Of a stretch of 20,000 bases of DNA, positions 1 to 10,611 are shown piece after piece. This DNA is from Sporopachydermia quercuum. Lineage: Eukaryota. The translations under genes were made by a program, and so were the position numbers. Under the pieces are notes generated by a model, which saw only the letters and a list, made by a program, of their open reading frames with translations, was not told where the DNA came from and did not search any database. The stretch spans positions 304,865-324,864 of the forward strand of contig BCGN01000012.1 in the NCBI GenBank assembly GCA_001599295.1, read 5' to 3'. How positions within the stretch are numbered: position 1 is the stretch's first letter; the number at the start of each line of letters is the position of its first letter.

Positions 1-1624
1 ATAAGATTCTGCTCATCCCTAGAAACAGTAGAAGCGTCAGAACAGATAGTAGAAGCGTTACTGGAATGATTGGGCTGATCCTTGGAATGTTGCTTGCAGA
101 GGAGCATTTCCATTCTTGATGAATGAGTGTTTTTGCTGTTATTTTCACCGTTCTTACTGATTGTGTGATCGCTATTACTATTTTCTCTTGGAATGATACT
201 ACTGTTACATTCTGCTTTTGATATAGCACTGTTGATAAATGCTAGCATCACTTCATAAGGCTACAAAATGTTAGTAAAACCCTCTGTTGAACGATTTCCC
301 TTACAAATCCATTTGATACTGTCAAAATATCTGCAGTGAATGAAATATTTGTCCTATAATATCTCAGAACTGAATCCGTATCCCTGTGATAATGTAGAGA
401 ATTTATTACGTACGAATGATTTCTCATAGAATACTTTAACTCTTGCCGATTGCACGTTCTGAAGGAACGTTTCTATAGACGAATTCAACGAGGAATAAAC
501 AGGAAGAATGTTCTTGAGTTTCTATGATAGTTAAAACACATTATTGTTAGATGTTGCCTGTTCAGGCTTAATCATATGTCTGCCGAACAATTGTCCAGCA
601 TTTTGACCAGTGAAGCATACTTCTCTCACTATTGGATCGAAACCTACTGGAGATGCAACCGACAATGAGTGGATTACATTATTGAGACAGGTGTTCACAT
701 TCTCTAAAAATTTGCTTATAGTTTCTTTGGAATATGTTGAATCTGGCATGATTTTTTGGGAGTTGCTAACAATGGCAGTAGCATGGTTGCTTGTGTGAAT
801 TGTATGGTGACTGAAATCTTCATTATCTTCAACCCAAATATCAGCTTCAGTTAAAGTGATTGTGTTTCTACCGCTGTAAGATATATAATGAAGAATTTCT
901 GGGTATCTACTCAATAAGTTGCATGATAATAATACTAAATAATATAGTTAGATGTCATTTGATCGAGCGGCGGTAGCTTCACTACTTTTGAAATGCTTGG
1001 AACTGGGAGAATTACTTGTTATTTGTTGATTGCCACAGCAAATGCATCTGCTATCTGACAAGATTTGAGCTCTGTACTGTATGGTGCTCCATTGCTATAA
1101 GAAACTGGTTAAATAATGACTAATCAGGCTGATACCAAATAGTAACATGGTACTCAACTATGGGAAGACTTTTCTTTTTTTGCACCTTATGCCTTATATG
1201 AACAATGAATGAAGTACGTACTTTCACATTTGACAAAGCTTTCACCAATTGGCTTATCAAATGAATCCTATGAATTTTGTCATAGTTTTTAAGTATGAAA
1301 TGCAGATTGATCTGATTTTAGTATTAGTAACGTTCTGTTCTTCTCAAACGAATGTGCAAGAACTAACTTCCAAATAAAAAAATAAAAAAATAAACTTGAT
1401 AGGCCATTTATGGTTCAGCTCTCCTGTATAGTAATTCTATATATGGCACTTACTGGGAAGCATTGCTTTGGTAGAATGATTGATTGGTCATCGCCTGATG
1501 GTGTGTCAGACTGTTTTTCAGACGCGTCTTCGGAAGAGTTGAGATTTCCTTCAGTTTGATACAATTTTGATCTCCATTCATAACGCAAACAGTTGTAGGT
1601 TGAACTGCCCCTGAGATGCTCCAT
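1..1624 (-). CDS. REC102: Multi-exon gene, probable Rec102 / TopoVIB-like meiotic double-strand-break protein. Exons 1624-1454, 1311-1222, 1094-1016, 934-621, 521-414, 260-<1; runs off the window
   Basis: Five GT..AG introns with branch-point-like motifs, all phase-compatible (0,0,1,0,0), give a stop-free frame of >=340 aa: MEHLRG...LPKQCFP|INLHFILKNYDKIHRIHLISQLVKALSNVK|QWSTIQYRAQILSDSRCICCGNQQIT|ILLSCNLLSRYPEIL...SLSVASPVGFDPIVRE|KLKNILPVYSSLNSSIETFLQNV...EKSF|PYEVMLAF... Blocks are collinear with S. cerevisiae Rec102 as recalled (IKLNF, FWEEQLFYQVQ, ILSLKCTIL, QLEFEYPMVFSMISRLRLK). It lies downstream of NMA1 on the same strand, as NMA1/YLR328W and REC102/YLR329W do in S. cerevisiae. Confidence 0.75.
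261..413 (-). other. Spliceosomal intron 5 of the REC102-like gene (153 nt)
   Basis: Donor GTACGT, canonical branch TACTAAC (276-270), acceptor TAG; phase 0. Confidence 0.8.
522..620 (-). other. Spliceosomal intron 4 of the REC102-like gene (99 nt)
   Basis: Donor GTATGC, branch ATCTAAC (552-546), acceptor TAG; phase 0; removes the stop that ends ORF 531..914. Confidence 0.8.
935..1015 (-). other. Spliceosomal intron 3 of the REC102-like gene (81 nt)
   Basis: Donor GTAATT, branch ATCTAAC (953-947), acceptor TAG; phase 1 on both sides; contains an in-frame TAA. Confidence 0.75.
1095..1221 (-). other. Spliceosomal intron 2 of the REC102-like gene (127 nt)
   Basis: Donor GTACGT, weak branch (TTTAAC or CCTGAT), acceptor TAG; phase 0. 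Confidence 0.75.
1312..1453 (-). other. Spliceosomal intron 1 of the REC102-like gene (142 nt)
   Basis: Donor GTAAGT, branch TACTAAT (1329-1323), acceptor CAG; phase 0. Confidence 0.85.
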
Positions 1625-2605
1625 TATTGTTGTACAACAAACTGGGTTTGAGAAAGAGGAAAGTTATTTCCAGTTATACATTGACAATCGAGAAAACAGA
1701 AGAATAGAGTGAATAGAAAAATAGAAAGAATTGTTGATAATGAACATGATAAAAACTAAGCAGTAGCCAGTGACCAGTCAAGACAATATAAGTTCTGACT
1801 TAAGAGAAGAAGGAATAAAGAATAAGTAATAAAAAACTGGAATATTTCATTGTTTTGAAGAAATTAGAAGAGCATCTGTTGTTAATTGTTGTTTGGGGTT
1901 ACAAATAGGCTGATGAGAAAAGTAATTAGAGTTTATTTGGTAAGAACTATTTTCTGGTTTGAGATTTTAAGTTGCACAGATTGAACTTAATCTAGCGAGG
2001 AGTGGTGAAACAAGTTAGCATTAGCAGTCGTTAAAGAAACAAGATCGCTTGCAAAACATACAATCTGTAATATTCGAGCAAATTTATTTCTCTGACAATA
2101 AAATATACTTTTATAATAATGATAAAATAATAGATTGGATTGTAAGGTCATTTTCATTGTCGGTGAGAGATTACTATATGCTGACTGATAGTCTAACTTT
2201 CAGCAGGGGATACTCTGTCTATAAATAAATATACTTAATATGTCTCCACCTAAAATAAATATTAAAACCAAATTAATTTGTAACTTTACCCAAACTTCAT
2301 CGATCTAAACTCTTTGCTTCGATGGAAACTATATCAAACATTATATTTCTTCTTGAACGTAGATTAATCTTCACCCGTCAACAGACGACTAATCGCTTTC
2401 ACCTCCTAAACATTTTCCTCCCAAGTAACTCCCATACACCTCCTATTTTAATCTCCTACCGAAAGCATTTACATGCAATGAAGCTCTTCAAATCAAGTAT
2501 CTCATTAATGGAAGGAGTTCATTATTGATGCTACGGCAATACGACATGACTACAGAATTCCTCTCTTTAAAATAGTTATCATCTCGCACATATTTTGTAT
2601 TCAAG

Positions 2606-3340
2606 ATGCATAGAGGACCTATAAAACCATTGCAATTGAGAATACCCAGTTATATACAAGATAGACCTCTCATATTCCCCAAATCTCCTACAACACATCT
2701 TCCGTATCCGAAGAATATAGATAGAACGACATTCAACAGCGAAGTGTTCAACAAAAGTGTGTATCGAAGACTCTTAAGATTAACAAACGCTATATGTAAA
2801 AGTGAACTACACGTTTGGGTATATCATAATCTGATAAGGAGAAGGTTTGAAGAGGACTATGAAACAAGGAGAAAGTTTTATTTCCCTGATAGAGAAGAGC
2901 AGGATAGGATAAATGAGCAACAGGAAAGTGGTCACCACGAACAAATTGCTCTGTCAGCATACGAAAATAACATTATAAGTATTTGGAGGACATTGGAGTT
3001 TGTCAACAAAGCATGTGCCTTCAATGAAAAAGAATCAAAGCTTGCTGATTATAGAGTAAAACTGAGTGATGGTGAGGTAATGTTCAATCCAATAGAAAGA
3101 ACTATCTTACACAACATTTTATTTAATGAGTGGAGTAGAATTCATAATTCCAGAGCAACTGTTACGGAGGAAGATGTGGCTTCCGTAGTGAAAACCCTAT
3201 TAAATGACAATTTTAATGTTGACTTAAAACAAATGAAGCGAAATAAACGAAAGTTTGAAACTTATACAAGGGCTATAAATTATATTACATTTGAAAGAAA
3301 TTTGATCTCACTGAATGACAGTTTATCTTTAAGACTTTAA
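2606..3340 (+). CDS. IRC19: Irc19/Rrg4-family mitochondrial protein (244 aa)
   Basis: Intact ORF. YRRLLRL, RRRFEEDYETRR, RTLEFVNKAC, ILHNIL and the C-terminal FERNLISLNDSLSLRL match recalled S. cerevisiae Irc19 (YRRFMRL, RYKFMKENYELKR, RTLEFVLKSC, ILKNLL, FDTTLIYLNETLGTRL). Confidence 0.82.
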   Translation: MHRGPIKPLQLRIPSYIQDRPLIFPKSPTTHLPYPKNIDRTTFNSEVFNKSVYRRLLRLTNAICKSELHVWVYHNLIRRRFEEDYETRRKFYFPDREEQDRINEQQESGHHEQIALSAYENNIISIWRTLEFVNKACAFNEKESKLADYRVKLSDGEVMFNPIERTILHNILFNEWSRIHNSRATVTEEDVASVVKTLLNDNFNVDLKQMKRNKRKFETYTRAINYITFERNLISLNDSLSLRL

Positions 3341-3611
3341 ATTGGACTAAAGTTTCTACAGTACGAATACTGAAAACATACTGGTGGTACAATCAATTGA
3401 ATAATTGAATACCAGATATAGAATTCGCCCTAGAATATGATAAATAAACACATTGATGAACACATTTTTTAACCGCAGAAGAAAAACATATTATGAAAAT
3501 AAAAACGAACATACTATTCAGCTACCTATAACTTTCACTAAAGTGTCGATCATTTAAGGAATTCTCAGAGTCTATTTGAATTTTAATTAGTATACAAGAA
3601 TTATAAAAAGT

Positions 3612-4949
3612 TCAATCCATCCCATTTTTCATCACCTCTTTGACGGGCTCGGATCCTCCAATATAAAGACCATTATCTTGTATATACCTTATAACACTAT
3701 TGGGCAAAAGGTATTGAACGGACATGCCTCGTCTGATAAACAACCTTGCCTTGGTTGAGGAAATATCATTATATATTAACTGTTTGATCACTAACACATT
3801 TCTGCTGTGTTCATACATGATATCATGCGACAGTATAAAATTACGAACGTCAGTTCCTGTTCGCTCCACAATAAGACATCCATATCTTCCTAGTATATGA
3901 TGCAAATCATCTTCTGCCCATACATTGGGCTCACCCATAGATTCAATCAAATCCCCTCCTGCTAGCAACATTATTTTTACTCCTCTTGAAGCTCCAGATT
4001 TTAATTGTACTCCACCCCTTTTAACATTAATCTCTTCATTAAAATGGTCCAATACTAATGCTGTTCTAGTATATGTTAGCTGCAGAGATTCCCATGCATC
4101 AACCATAAGCCAGGAGCTTGTTCTCTCACATGCCAGTTCACACATTCTGACTCTATGATAAGCTGGTGCTAATCCTGGCTTTTTATAGTTATCAGACACA
4201 GGGGAATAGTAACCCCCGATAACTTCAAACCTTGTATATTCACGAATAGAATCCATTGCCATTTCGAACATCCGTAAATGTAAGTATGTAATTGGTGAAA
4301 ATGATCCACAAGCTACTATAACCAATGGCAGCTTACTCTCATCCACCATAGTATTCACTAATCGATGAGTCGGAAACTTATATTCTTCCATTGATCTTCC
4401 TTGTCTTTGAATGCCATGAGGAACTTCTTCCAAATCAGCAGTAAGACCAACAGGGGGAACGTATTCTCCAACATGGTTTTTAAGTCTGGCTATTTGATAG
4501 GGTGAGCTTTGGGTGCTAATTGATTGTTGGTTTTCGTTTGCGTTATGGTTCTCATTCTGATTATCACTTTCAGAACCTGAATCCTCATCAGATGACATCA
4601 ATGGATTGAACATTTCATTGGATACTGGTATAGAGTTACTTATATAGCGACTTTTCGTATTGGTAGTAATATCACCACCACTTGTCCCTGTAGTGATAGA
4701 GGAAGATGATGCATTGCTGTGAAATAGGTTTGGGCCTGTTCTTTGCTTAGAGTGGCTCAATCTATGAGCTCTGCGGGAAATTGATTTCTTCTCTGCCGCT
4801 GTTGGTGGAGCGTCAATGGCATTGTTATCATCTTCTAAAACATACGGCTGTATAGGTGCTATGTTAGGTATCAGATATGAAGGTGTCCTTGGTAGTTTGA
4901 CGTCAGCCCTATTAGCGGGTTTGAAATTTGGGTCAAGTTTCGGATCCAT
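3612..4949 (-). CDS. NMA1: Nicotinamide/nicotinate mononucleotide adenylyltransferase (445 aa)
   Basis: GSFSPITYLHLRMFE (HIGH-like), VDAWES, LAGGDLIESM and DISST motifs; the N-terminus MDPKLDPNFKP is typical of yeast Nma1/Nma2. Confidence 0.97.
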   Translation of the reverse strand: MDPKLDPNFKPANRADVKLPRTPSYLIPNIAPIQPYVLEDDNNAIDAPPTAAEKKSISRRAHRLSHSKQRTGPNLFHSNASSSSITTGTSGGDITTNTKSRYISNSIPVSNEMFNPLMSSDEDSGSESDNQNENHNANENQQSISTQSSPYQIARLKNHVGEYVPPVGLTADLEEVPHGIQRQGRSMEEYKFPTHRLVNTMVDESKLPLVIVACGSFSPITYLHLRMFEMAMDSIREYTRFEVIGGYYSPVSDNYKKPGLAPAYHRVRMCELACERTSSWLMVDAWESLQLTYTRTALVLDHFNEEINVKRGGVQLKSGASRGVKIMLLAGGDLIESMGEPNVWAEDDLHHILGRYGCLIVERTGTDVRNFILSHDIMYEHSRNVLVIKQLIYNDISSTKARLFIRRGMSVQYLLPNSVIRYIQDNGLYIGGSEPVKEVMKNGMD

Positions 4950-5997
4950 TTCAAAGCTAAGCTAAAGATTAGACAGCTGGTAGTATAATTTCAGTCACTG
5001 CACATATGTAAATCTGTAGCTTGGGATTTCTCAGCTGTCCTTTACGTGATGATTGAGTATGATAAAGAGGAGGACTTATTATGATCTCAATTACAACAGA
5101 TGTTGCAAAAAGAGGCTGAAGTAGACTTCGTATCTTACCACAAGAAAGAAAACCGGTGATGATAGGATAATAGATGTTCAGATAATATCCGGTTTTATTT
5201 GTATCTTTTCCGGAACTTACTGGAAGCGGTTATTTAACTTCTATAGGCTATTGAGATATTATAAAGGCAAAAACAATAATTAAAAGAAAAAAGAAAACAA
5301 ACTTCTAAAAAGAACTACTGGTTGAATATGAGTCGGTGGGACTTAAAATTTTTCTTTTGGTAAAAACTAAGTTGCTTTCTGCCTTCTGAAGCTTCAAGGA
5401 GGTAAATCGTACTATTCAGTGACTCTTGTATGTATTTAATCTATGACTCTTCAGCCTTAAATTTCTATCAACTGTTCTGCTTCATAAGTAATAACAGTAA
5501 ATTTTAATCTCTGTTAGACATTTCAACGCTTTTCGGTTGCTAAAAGGCTATCAAATTTCAATCGTACTCCTGTTTCGAGTTGATGATTTTAGGTTAAACA
5601 TAAATATCATAAAGTTTGGTTAAGAATCATAAATTTTATTTTCGAGGGATCTATTATGAGTTCTAGTACATACTCGTCCACGTTTAGTAGCATTGGATTA
5701 TGTTGTAAACTGTTCAACAACTGAGTTTTAGAAACATGCCTTTTCACAAATACTAATGATAGTTTCAACTAAATGCTCGTAGAATAGTACTACTTGTTCT
5801 AAGAAAGAGGAAATAGATCCTTGGTTAAAATCCCACATAAAATAAGCTTTTATAATGAAAGCTTCCGCATAAACTAAAGTAAATCAATTCCGAAAATGGT
5901 AACTTTGTTATAGCTTCCTTTAATAGTAAAGGTTATTTCAATTGGTAATGAGCACTTGAATTTTCAGAAATAATGTATTTATTATTGTTCATGATCG

Positions 5998-6004
5998 TGA
6001 GTCA
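5998..6004. promoter_or_regulatory. Perfect TGAGTCA (Gcn4/AP-1-type site) ~315 bp upstream of the DHA1 transporter
   Basis: Exact heptamer in the promoter region; function inferred only. Confidence 0.3.
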
Positions 6005-6318
6005 TTCAGCTGGAGATAAAAATATGTTAGAAAAAGTCTTTCCCGCAAAATTAAAATCAATATATTGCACGGGAAATTTACATTTATTTCAGTAAAAGTT
6101 TTGATATTAATTTTGATCTTAGTTGCAATGTAAACTGTTTTCTCATAAAATTAACTCTCACTATAACACTGTAACCACAAGTACAATAGTTACTGTGCGC
6201 TACAGTTTTGAATCGCTTATTTTCATTCTAACTAATTACACTGTTCAAGTTCAAAATTTAACTGTTTAGGATAATTTATACCGCATTAATTGTAGTCATA
6301 TCCAGTCCAATACTTATT

Positions 6319-7980
6319 ATGTCTTCCACTGCACAAGAAAGCAGGGAACCCATTGCTCAACACCTCAGCCATCAATATGAAAAAGAAACTACAGCTAATG
6401 AACTAACCATAGACATTTCAAACAATTCCAACAAACCATGTAGCAGCCAAATTATTTCCAAATCGGAATCAACAGGAGTTTTGACTAAATTTTGTCTTTT
6501 GCCTCAGTATTATGACCCCAAGGCTACTAAACATATTTACAAGATGATCATACTCGCGGTCCTAGCATTAGCTACCGTTGTTGCACCAATGGGCACAGAT
6601 GTTTTCCTACCAGCAATTGCTGATATTGCTCAAGACCTGAACACAACTCATGATATGGTAAATATATCACTTGGTATTTATATGATAGCGCTAGGAGTAT
6701 TTCCGTTATGGTGGTCATCGTTTTCCGAAAAATATGGCCGACGGTTTGTCTATTTGATATCTTTCAGCTTTTTCACCCTGCTTACTATTGGTTCGGCTTT
6801 ATCTACATCTATTGGAATGTTAATAGTTTTCCGAGGTCTCTCTGGCGGATGTGCAGGCTCTGTTCAAAGTGTAGGTGCCGGATCAATTGGCGATTTATTT
6901 AAACCAACGAGACGGGGAAGAGCAATGGGTTGGTATTACTTTGGAAGTTTATGTGGGCCACTTCTTGCACCAATATTCAGTGGAGCCATGACGAAAAAGT
7001 GGGGCTGGAGATCAACAATGTGGTTGATGGTAATTGTGGGAGCTGTCTTGACAGTTCTACTATTTTTATTTGTTCCTGAGACATATATTCTACCAGTTAA
7101 GGAGAGCACCCAAGGGTATCGTGAGGAGATAATTGAGCTTCAAAGACACGAAAGACTGTCAACAAATAAGGATATTGAAGCAGTTAATGAAGAAAAAGAA
7201 TTAACAGAAAGCGGAGTAATAGAGATTACACAAGAGATAGTTCCTGAGGTAGCTGATAAGTCACTTCTCAATTTCTGTTTGGCTTCAATGTACTCGCATA
7301 TTGTCAAGCCAATTGAGTCTGTAAAATACTTATTATGCCCTCCTGTGAGTCTTTCAATATTATATGGATCAGTGGTATACTTGATATTATACTACATCAA
7401 CCTGTCTATTGAATATGCCTATAGTTCACCTCCTTACAACTTTAACTCAACTATAGTGGGTTTGCTATATATACCAAATACTGTAGCATATTTCATTGCA
7501 TCAGTTCTTGGTGGTAAATGGTCTGATTATATAGTAATAAGACAGCAGAAAAAAAATAATGGAATTTTAATACCTGAGGAGAGAATAGCAGAGAATCTAT
7601 ATGTCTGCGCTATCTTGGTTCCAGCTGGTTGTTTGATTTTTGGCTGGACTTTGAATTATAAGCTATTCTGGTTATTACCATTGATTGGAACATCAATGTA
7701 TGGATTGGCATCAATGACAGTAGCTAGTGTTACTACGACTTATTTGATGGACTCTAGTCCAGAAAGAAGTGCAACTTTAGTAGCATTATATAATTTAATA
7801 AAGCAATGTTCAGGCGGGATAGCAACTTTTACTACTATACAAGCGATACATGGGTTGCATGGGATAGGAGGATTATTCTCTTTGATGGCAGGTTTATCTG
7901 TTCTCTTTTTCATTTGTATTGTGCTCATCAAATGGAGAGGTTCATATTGGAGAATGAATAGCAGATTTAGAAATCTATAA
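6319..7980 (+). CDS. MFS DHA1-family drug:H+ antiporter, Qdr3/Dtr1-like (553 aa)
   Basis: About 12 hydrophobic segments; PLWWSSFSEKYGRR, GAGSIGDLFKPTRRGRAMG, GPLLAP, WGWRSTMW, GGKWSD and PEERI motifs. Confidence 0.92.
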   Translation: MSSTAQESREPIAQHLSHQYEKETTANELTIDISNNSNKPCSSQIISKSESTGVLTKFCLLPQYYDPKATKHIYKMIILAVLALATVVAPMGTDVFLPAIADIAQDLNTTHDMVNISLGIYMIALGVFPLWWSSFSEKYGRRFVYLISFSFFTLLTIGSALSTSIGMLIVFRGLSGGCAGSVQSVGAGSIGDLFKPTRRGRAMGWYYFGSLCGPLLAPIFSGAMTKKWGWRSTMWLMVIVGAVLTVLLFLFVPETYILPVKESTQGYREEIIELQRHERLSTNKDIEAVNEEKELTESGVIEITQEIVPEVADKSLLNFCLASMYSHIVKPIESVKYLLCPPVSLSILYGSVVYLILYYINLSIEYAYSSPPYNFNSTIVGLLYIPNTVAYFIASVLGGKWSDYIVIRQQKKNNGILIPEERIAENLYVCAILVPAGCLIFGWTLNYKLFWLLPLIGTSMYGLASMTVASVTTTYLMDSSPERSATLVALYNLIKQCSGGIATFTTIQAIHGLHGIGGLFSLMAGLSVLFFICIVLIKWRGSYWRMNSRFRNL

Positions 7981-10611
7981 TAGTGGGGTTGAGATGGAAA
8001 GAAGTAATATAGTTTGTGGGGAAGTGAAGTGAATTATTGCTATTACGATGTTTTTCTCCTGTAACTTCAATAGGTATAAGTATTTACACGTATACCATCA
8101 TAAAACTTTTAATAGAGTACTAATAATGAACATCGTAAGGAACAAATGATTTATATTGCCTTAATTAAACTTCAAAGAAGGAAAATTGAATTATCATTCA
8201 ATTTCAATGGGGAGAGTGGTTGGATTCAATTTCAGTATAACTGATGGATATTTGATATCCACTTCTTTACTATCAGTTTGGGTTTATTTATTTTTTCATT
8301 GTCAATTTTATTGCGAAAAAGGGATTAAGCATAATGCTTCCCTTATCGTACTTAGCAAGAAAATAAAGAACACACTGTCAAAATTGTATATGCGTTAACA
8401 TTTGTTTTAGTTGTTACGGCTAAGCATAAAAACTAGTCATTTATTTGTAAGTCATCAACTGGTCAACAGAAGTATTAATTTGCCTTGCTTGGTTGCAAAG
8501 CCTTCCTAATCCAAAAATACCATAGGTTTATCAATTAACAGAATTGCTAAAAAAAAGATAGTCTCCTGCGGAACCTCGTTTATTCTGCTATTAGCAAGAA
8601 TTCATCAAAAGCTAATTTTTTCAATCAATAGAACAGGAAAGATTGGGAGCGGAGAAAAAGAAGAGGAGAAACATTGGACTCACAGCGAATGACAAGGTAA
8701 AGGGAATAAAAAATAATGTCAGTGCCAACAAGTAAACAATAAGCAAGATTCGTCATGAAATAATTCATTGCGGTGAATTGTTTCTTAGGGCTTTCCGTAT
8801 ACTAAATTAACTTCTCAGGGTGTAGTACCCTGAAATCCAGCGTAGGAATAATTTTTTGTTTGATTCAGATCCGATTGCTTCCATCTTATATCAACCTCTG
8901 TGGATTTTAATTTGTATTGTTATAGGTACTTATTAATTTTGAAGTTTTGACAAAATAAGTTCTTGGTACTGGATGTTACCTCCCGAAGAAGACCACCATT
9001 AAGAGCAACATAATGGTGTCAGTGTATGAACAGATGGTTACCAGGTAATTTGAAATTGGGTAAATAGTCATATTGTAAGAATAAGCTAATACTTCTTTGC
9101 TCAATTCAGTTTCTTATAAACAGATATCAATCGTTGTATCTTTAGTTATCATTTTTGAAAGTCTTTTCCCCTCTGGTATTAATAACCTCTTAGATTATTT
9201 AACATCTGCCATTTGCAGAATAGATCACCAGTTCGTCTACAAGTATTCAGAAACATACACTCATTGCCACTTCGATTATGAGTTTAACAACATACGAAAA
9301 AATATATAACATTAATGATGATAATACTAATAGAACAAAGGATAAGTTCCTAGGTAGAAACAATTAATTCACTATTAGATGAAGATCAGCAAAGAAAGAG
9401 ATAGTGGAGAAATACACATTCCCTTTTGGGAAACGAGATTCTGAGAAAGCATACTAAACTTTATTTAACGTTTAGGATTTTAAACTTTAGTTTGACTTAT
9501 TTTAAGGTGCAATTATTAGTTCAAAAGAGGGTGAAAGCATTAAGTCTGAATGAATCAACAAATTGTCGAACCTTCTTTAGTAGAGTGTTCAGTTCAGTTT
9601 GGTTGATGAATGATACGTGATGTTCGAATTTGACTTTGAAAATCAGTATTAATATGTTGCAGTGATTTATTGATGACTTTAAGTAAGTGAACATTAGTGT
9701 CGATCTCAAACAAATTGTTGCAATTGATTTGATTAAGATTTGGAATATTGTCAGTTTGGGGTTTTGCCACTGCTGATCTTCATATTCCAATAATGCTGTT
9801 ACTGTCAGTAAAACTTTGACTCAAATAAATAAGACATTTCTTGATTATTTATAATTTCTTGAAGGCTTTCCTCCCACATCATCAATATATATGAGCGGTC
9901 TTTTTTGAATGAATTGTAGTCATCTTCTTCTCACATTATTAGTAAGATCTTTGTATGGTCTACAATTTCTTATTTCGATATGTTTCAAGACATAGCAGAC
10001 TAGTATTATGCTTTGTTATAAGAACGCGTAAGACAATCTTCAAGTGAAGTCGGTACAATTCCGTATGATGTATGCACTGCTATGTATATTATTATTTGGA
10101 TTCAACAAAGAACCTTTTTCTAGACAATATAACTGCTACATTTCTTAATTCTTATATATACAAAATCTTTTCCTCTTGCCAACATATGTCATCGGATTTC
10201 AGAGTGTGGAAATACTCATATCCAATTCATTCAGTCTTTGTTTGTTCCTCAAGTGGAAGTAGATTACATTTCAACAATATTATTACTATCCAGCTGCTAA
10301 CCCCAGTATGTTCTAGTATTCTATATTCTAAAACCTTATGCTCTGTTTACTTTGACTCGTTGTACTTATCCCAATTCCTGGTTCTTCTCAATTTCTCTTT
10401 GTTCACTTCTCAAGCGTGTCTACTTCTTACTCAAGAAACCTCGGATACACATAATACCAAAAAATTAACTTTTGTAATAAAAACCGGTTTTATTACTATA
10501 AATACTCATTATACACTATCAAAATACATAAATAGATAGTTAAAATAATAGCATAATAAAGTATATCATCACTATATTATACCATTTGACAACAAAAATA
10601 GCTCATTACTT

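Noticed and set aside
261..304. Alternative 44-nt intron with GTAAGG donor plus a micro-exon
   Set aside because: The micro-exon options I tried give the wrong phase; the 153-nt GTACGT intron keeps the frame.
966..977. URS1-like GCGGCGGTAG in intron 3 of the REC102-like gene
   Set aside because: It does not match the GGCGGCTA core and lies ~650 bp inside the gene; I saw no URS1 in the promoter.
3925..4158. Short ORFs overlapping real genes (also 610..798, 6708..6902, 7740..7931, 10720..10905, 11153..11341, 15412..15633, 16596..16823, 17411..17602)
   Set aside because: Antisense or off-frame shadows of well-supported genes or of the pseudogene.
5041..5125. C/D-box snoRNA-like GTGATGA...CTGA with a short terminal stem
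   Set aside because: No recognisable rRNA guide or C'/D' boxes; it overlaps the NMA1 leader in antisense and is likely chance.
5149..5196. Inverted repeat AAAACCGG...CCGGTTTT
   Set aside because: Only 8 bp, with no target-site duplication or further structure.
10072..10539. 155-aa ORF
   Set aside because: Compositionally biased (F/L/S/Y/I), no motifs, antisense to the MFS 3' region; probably spurious.
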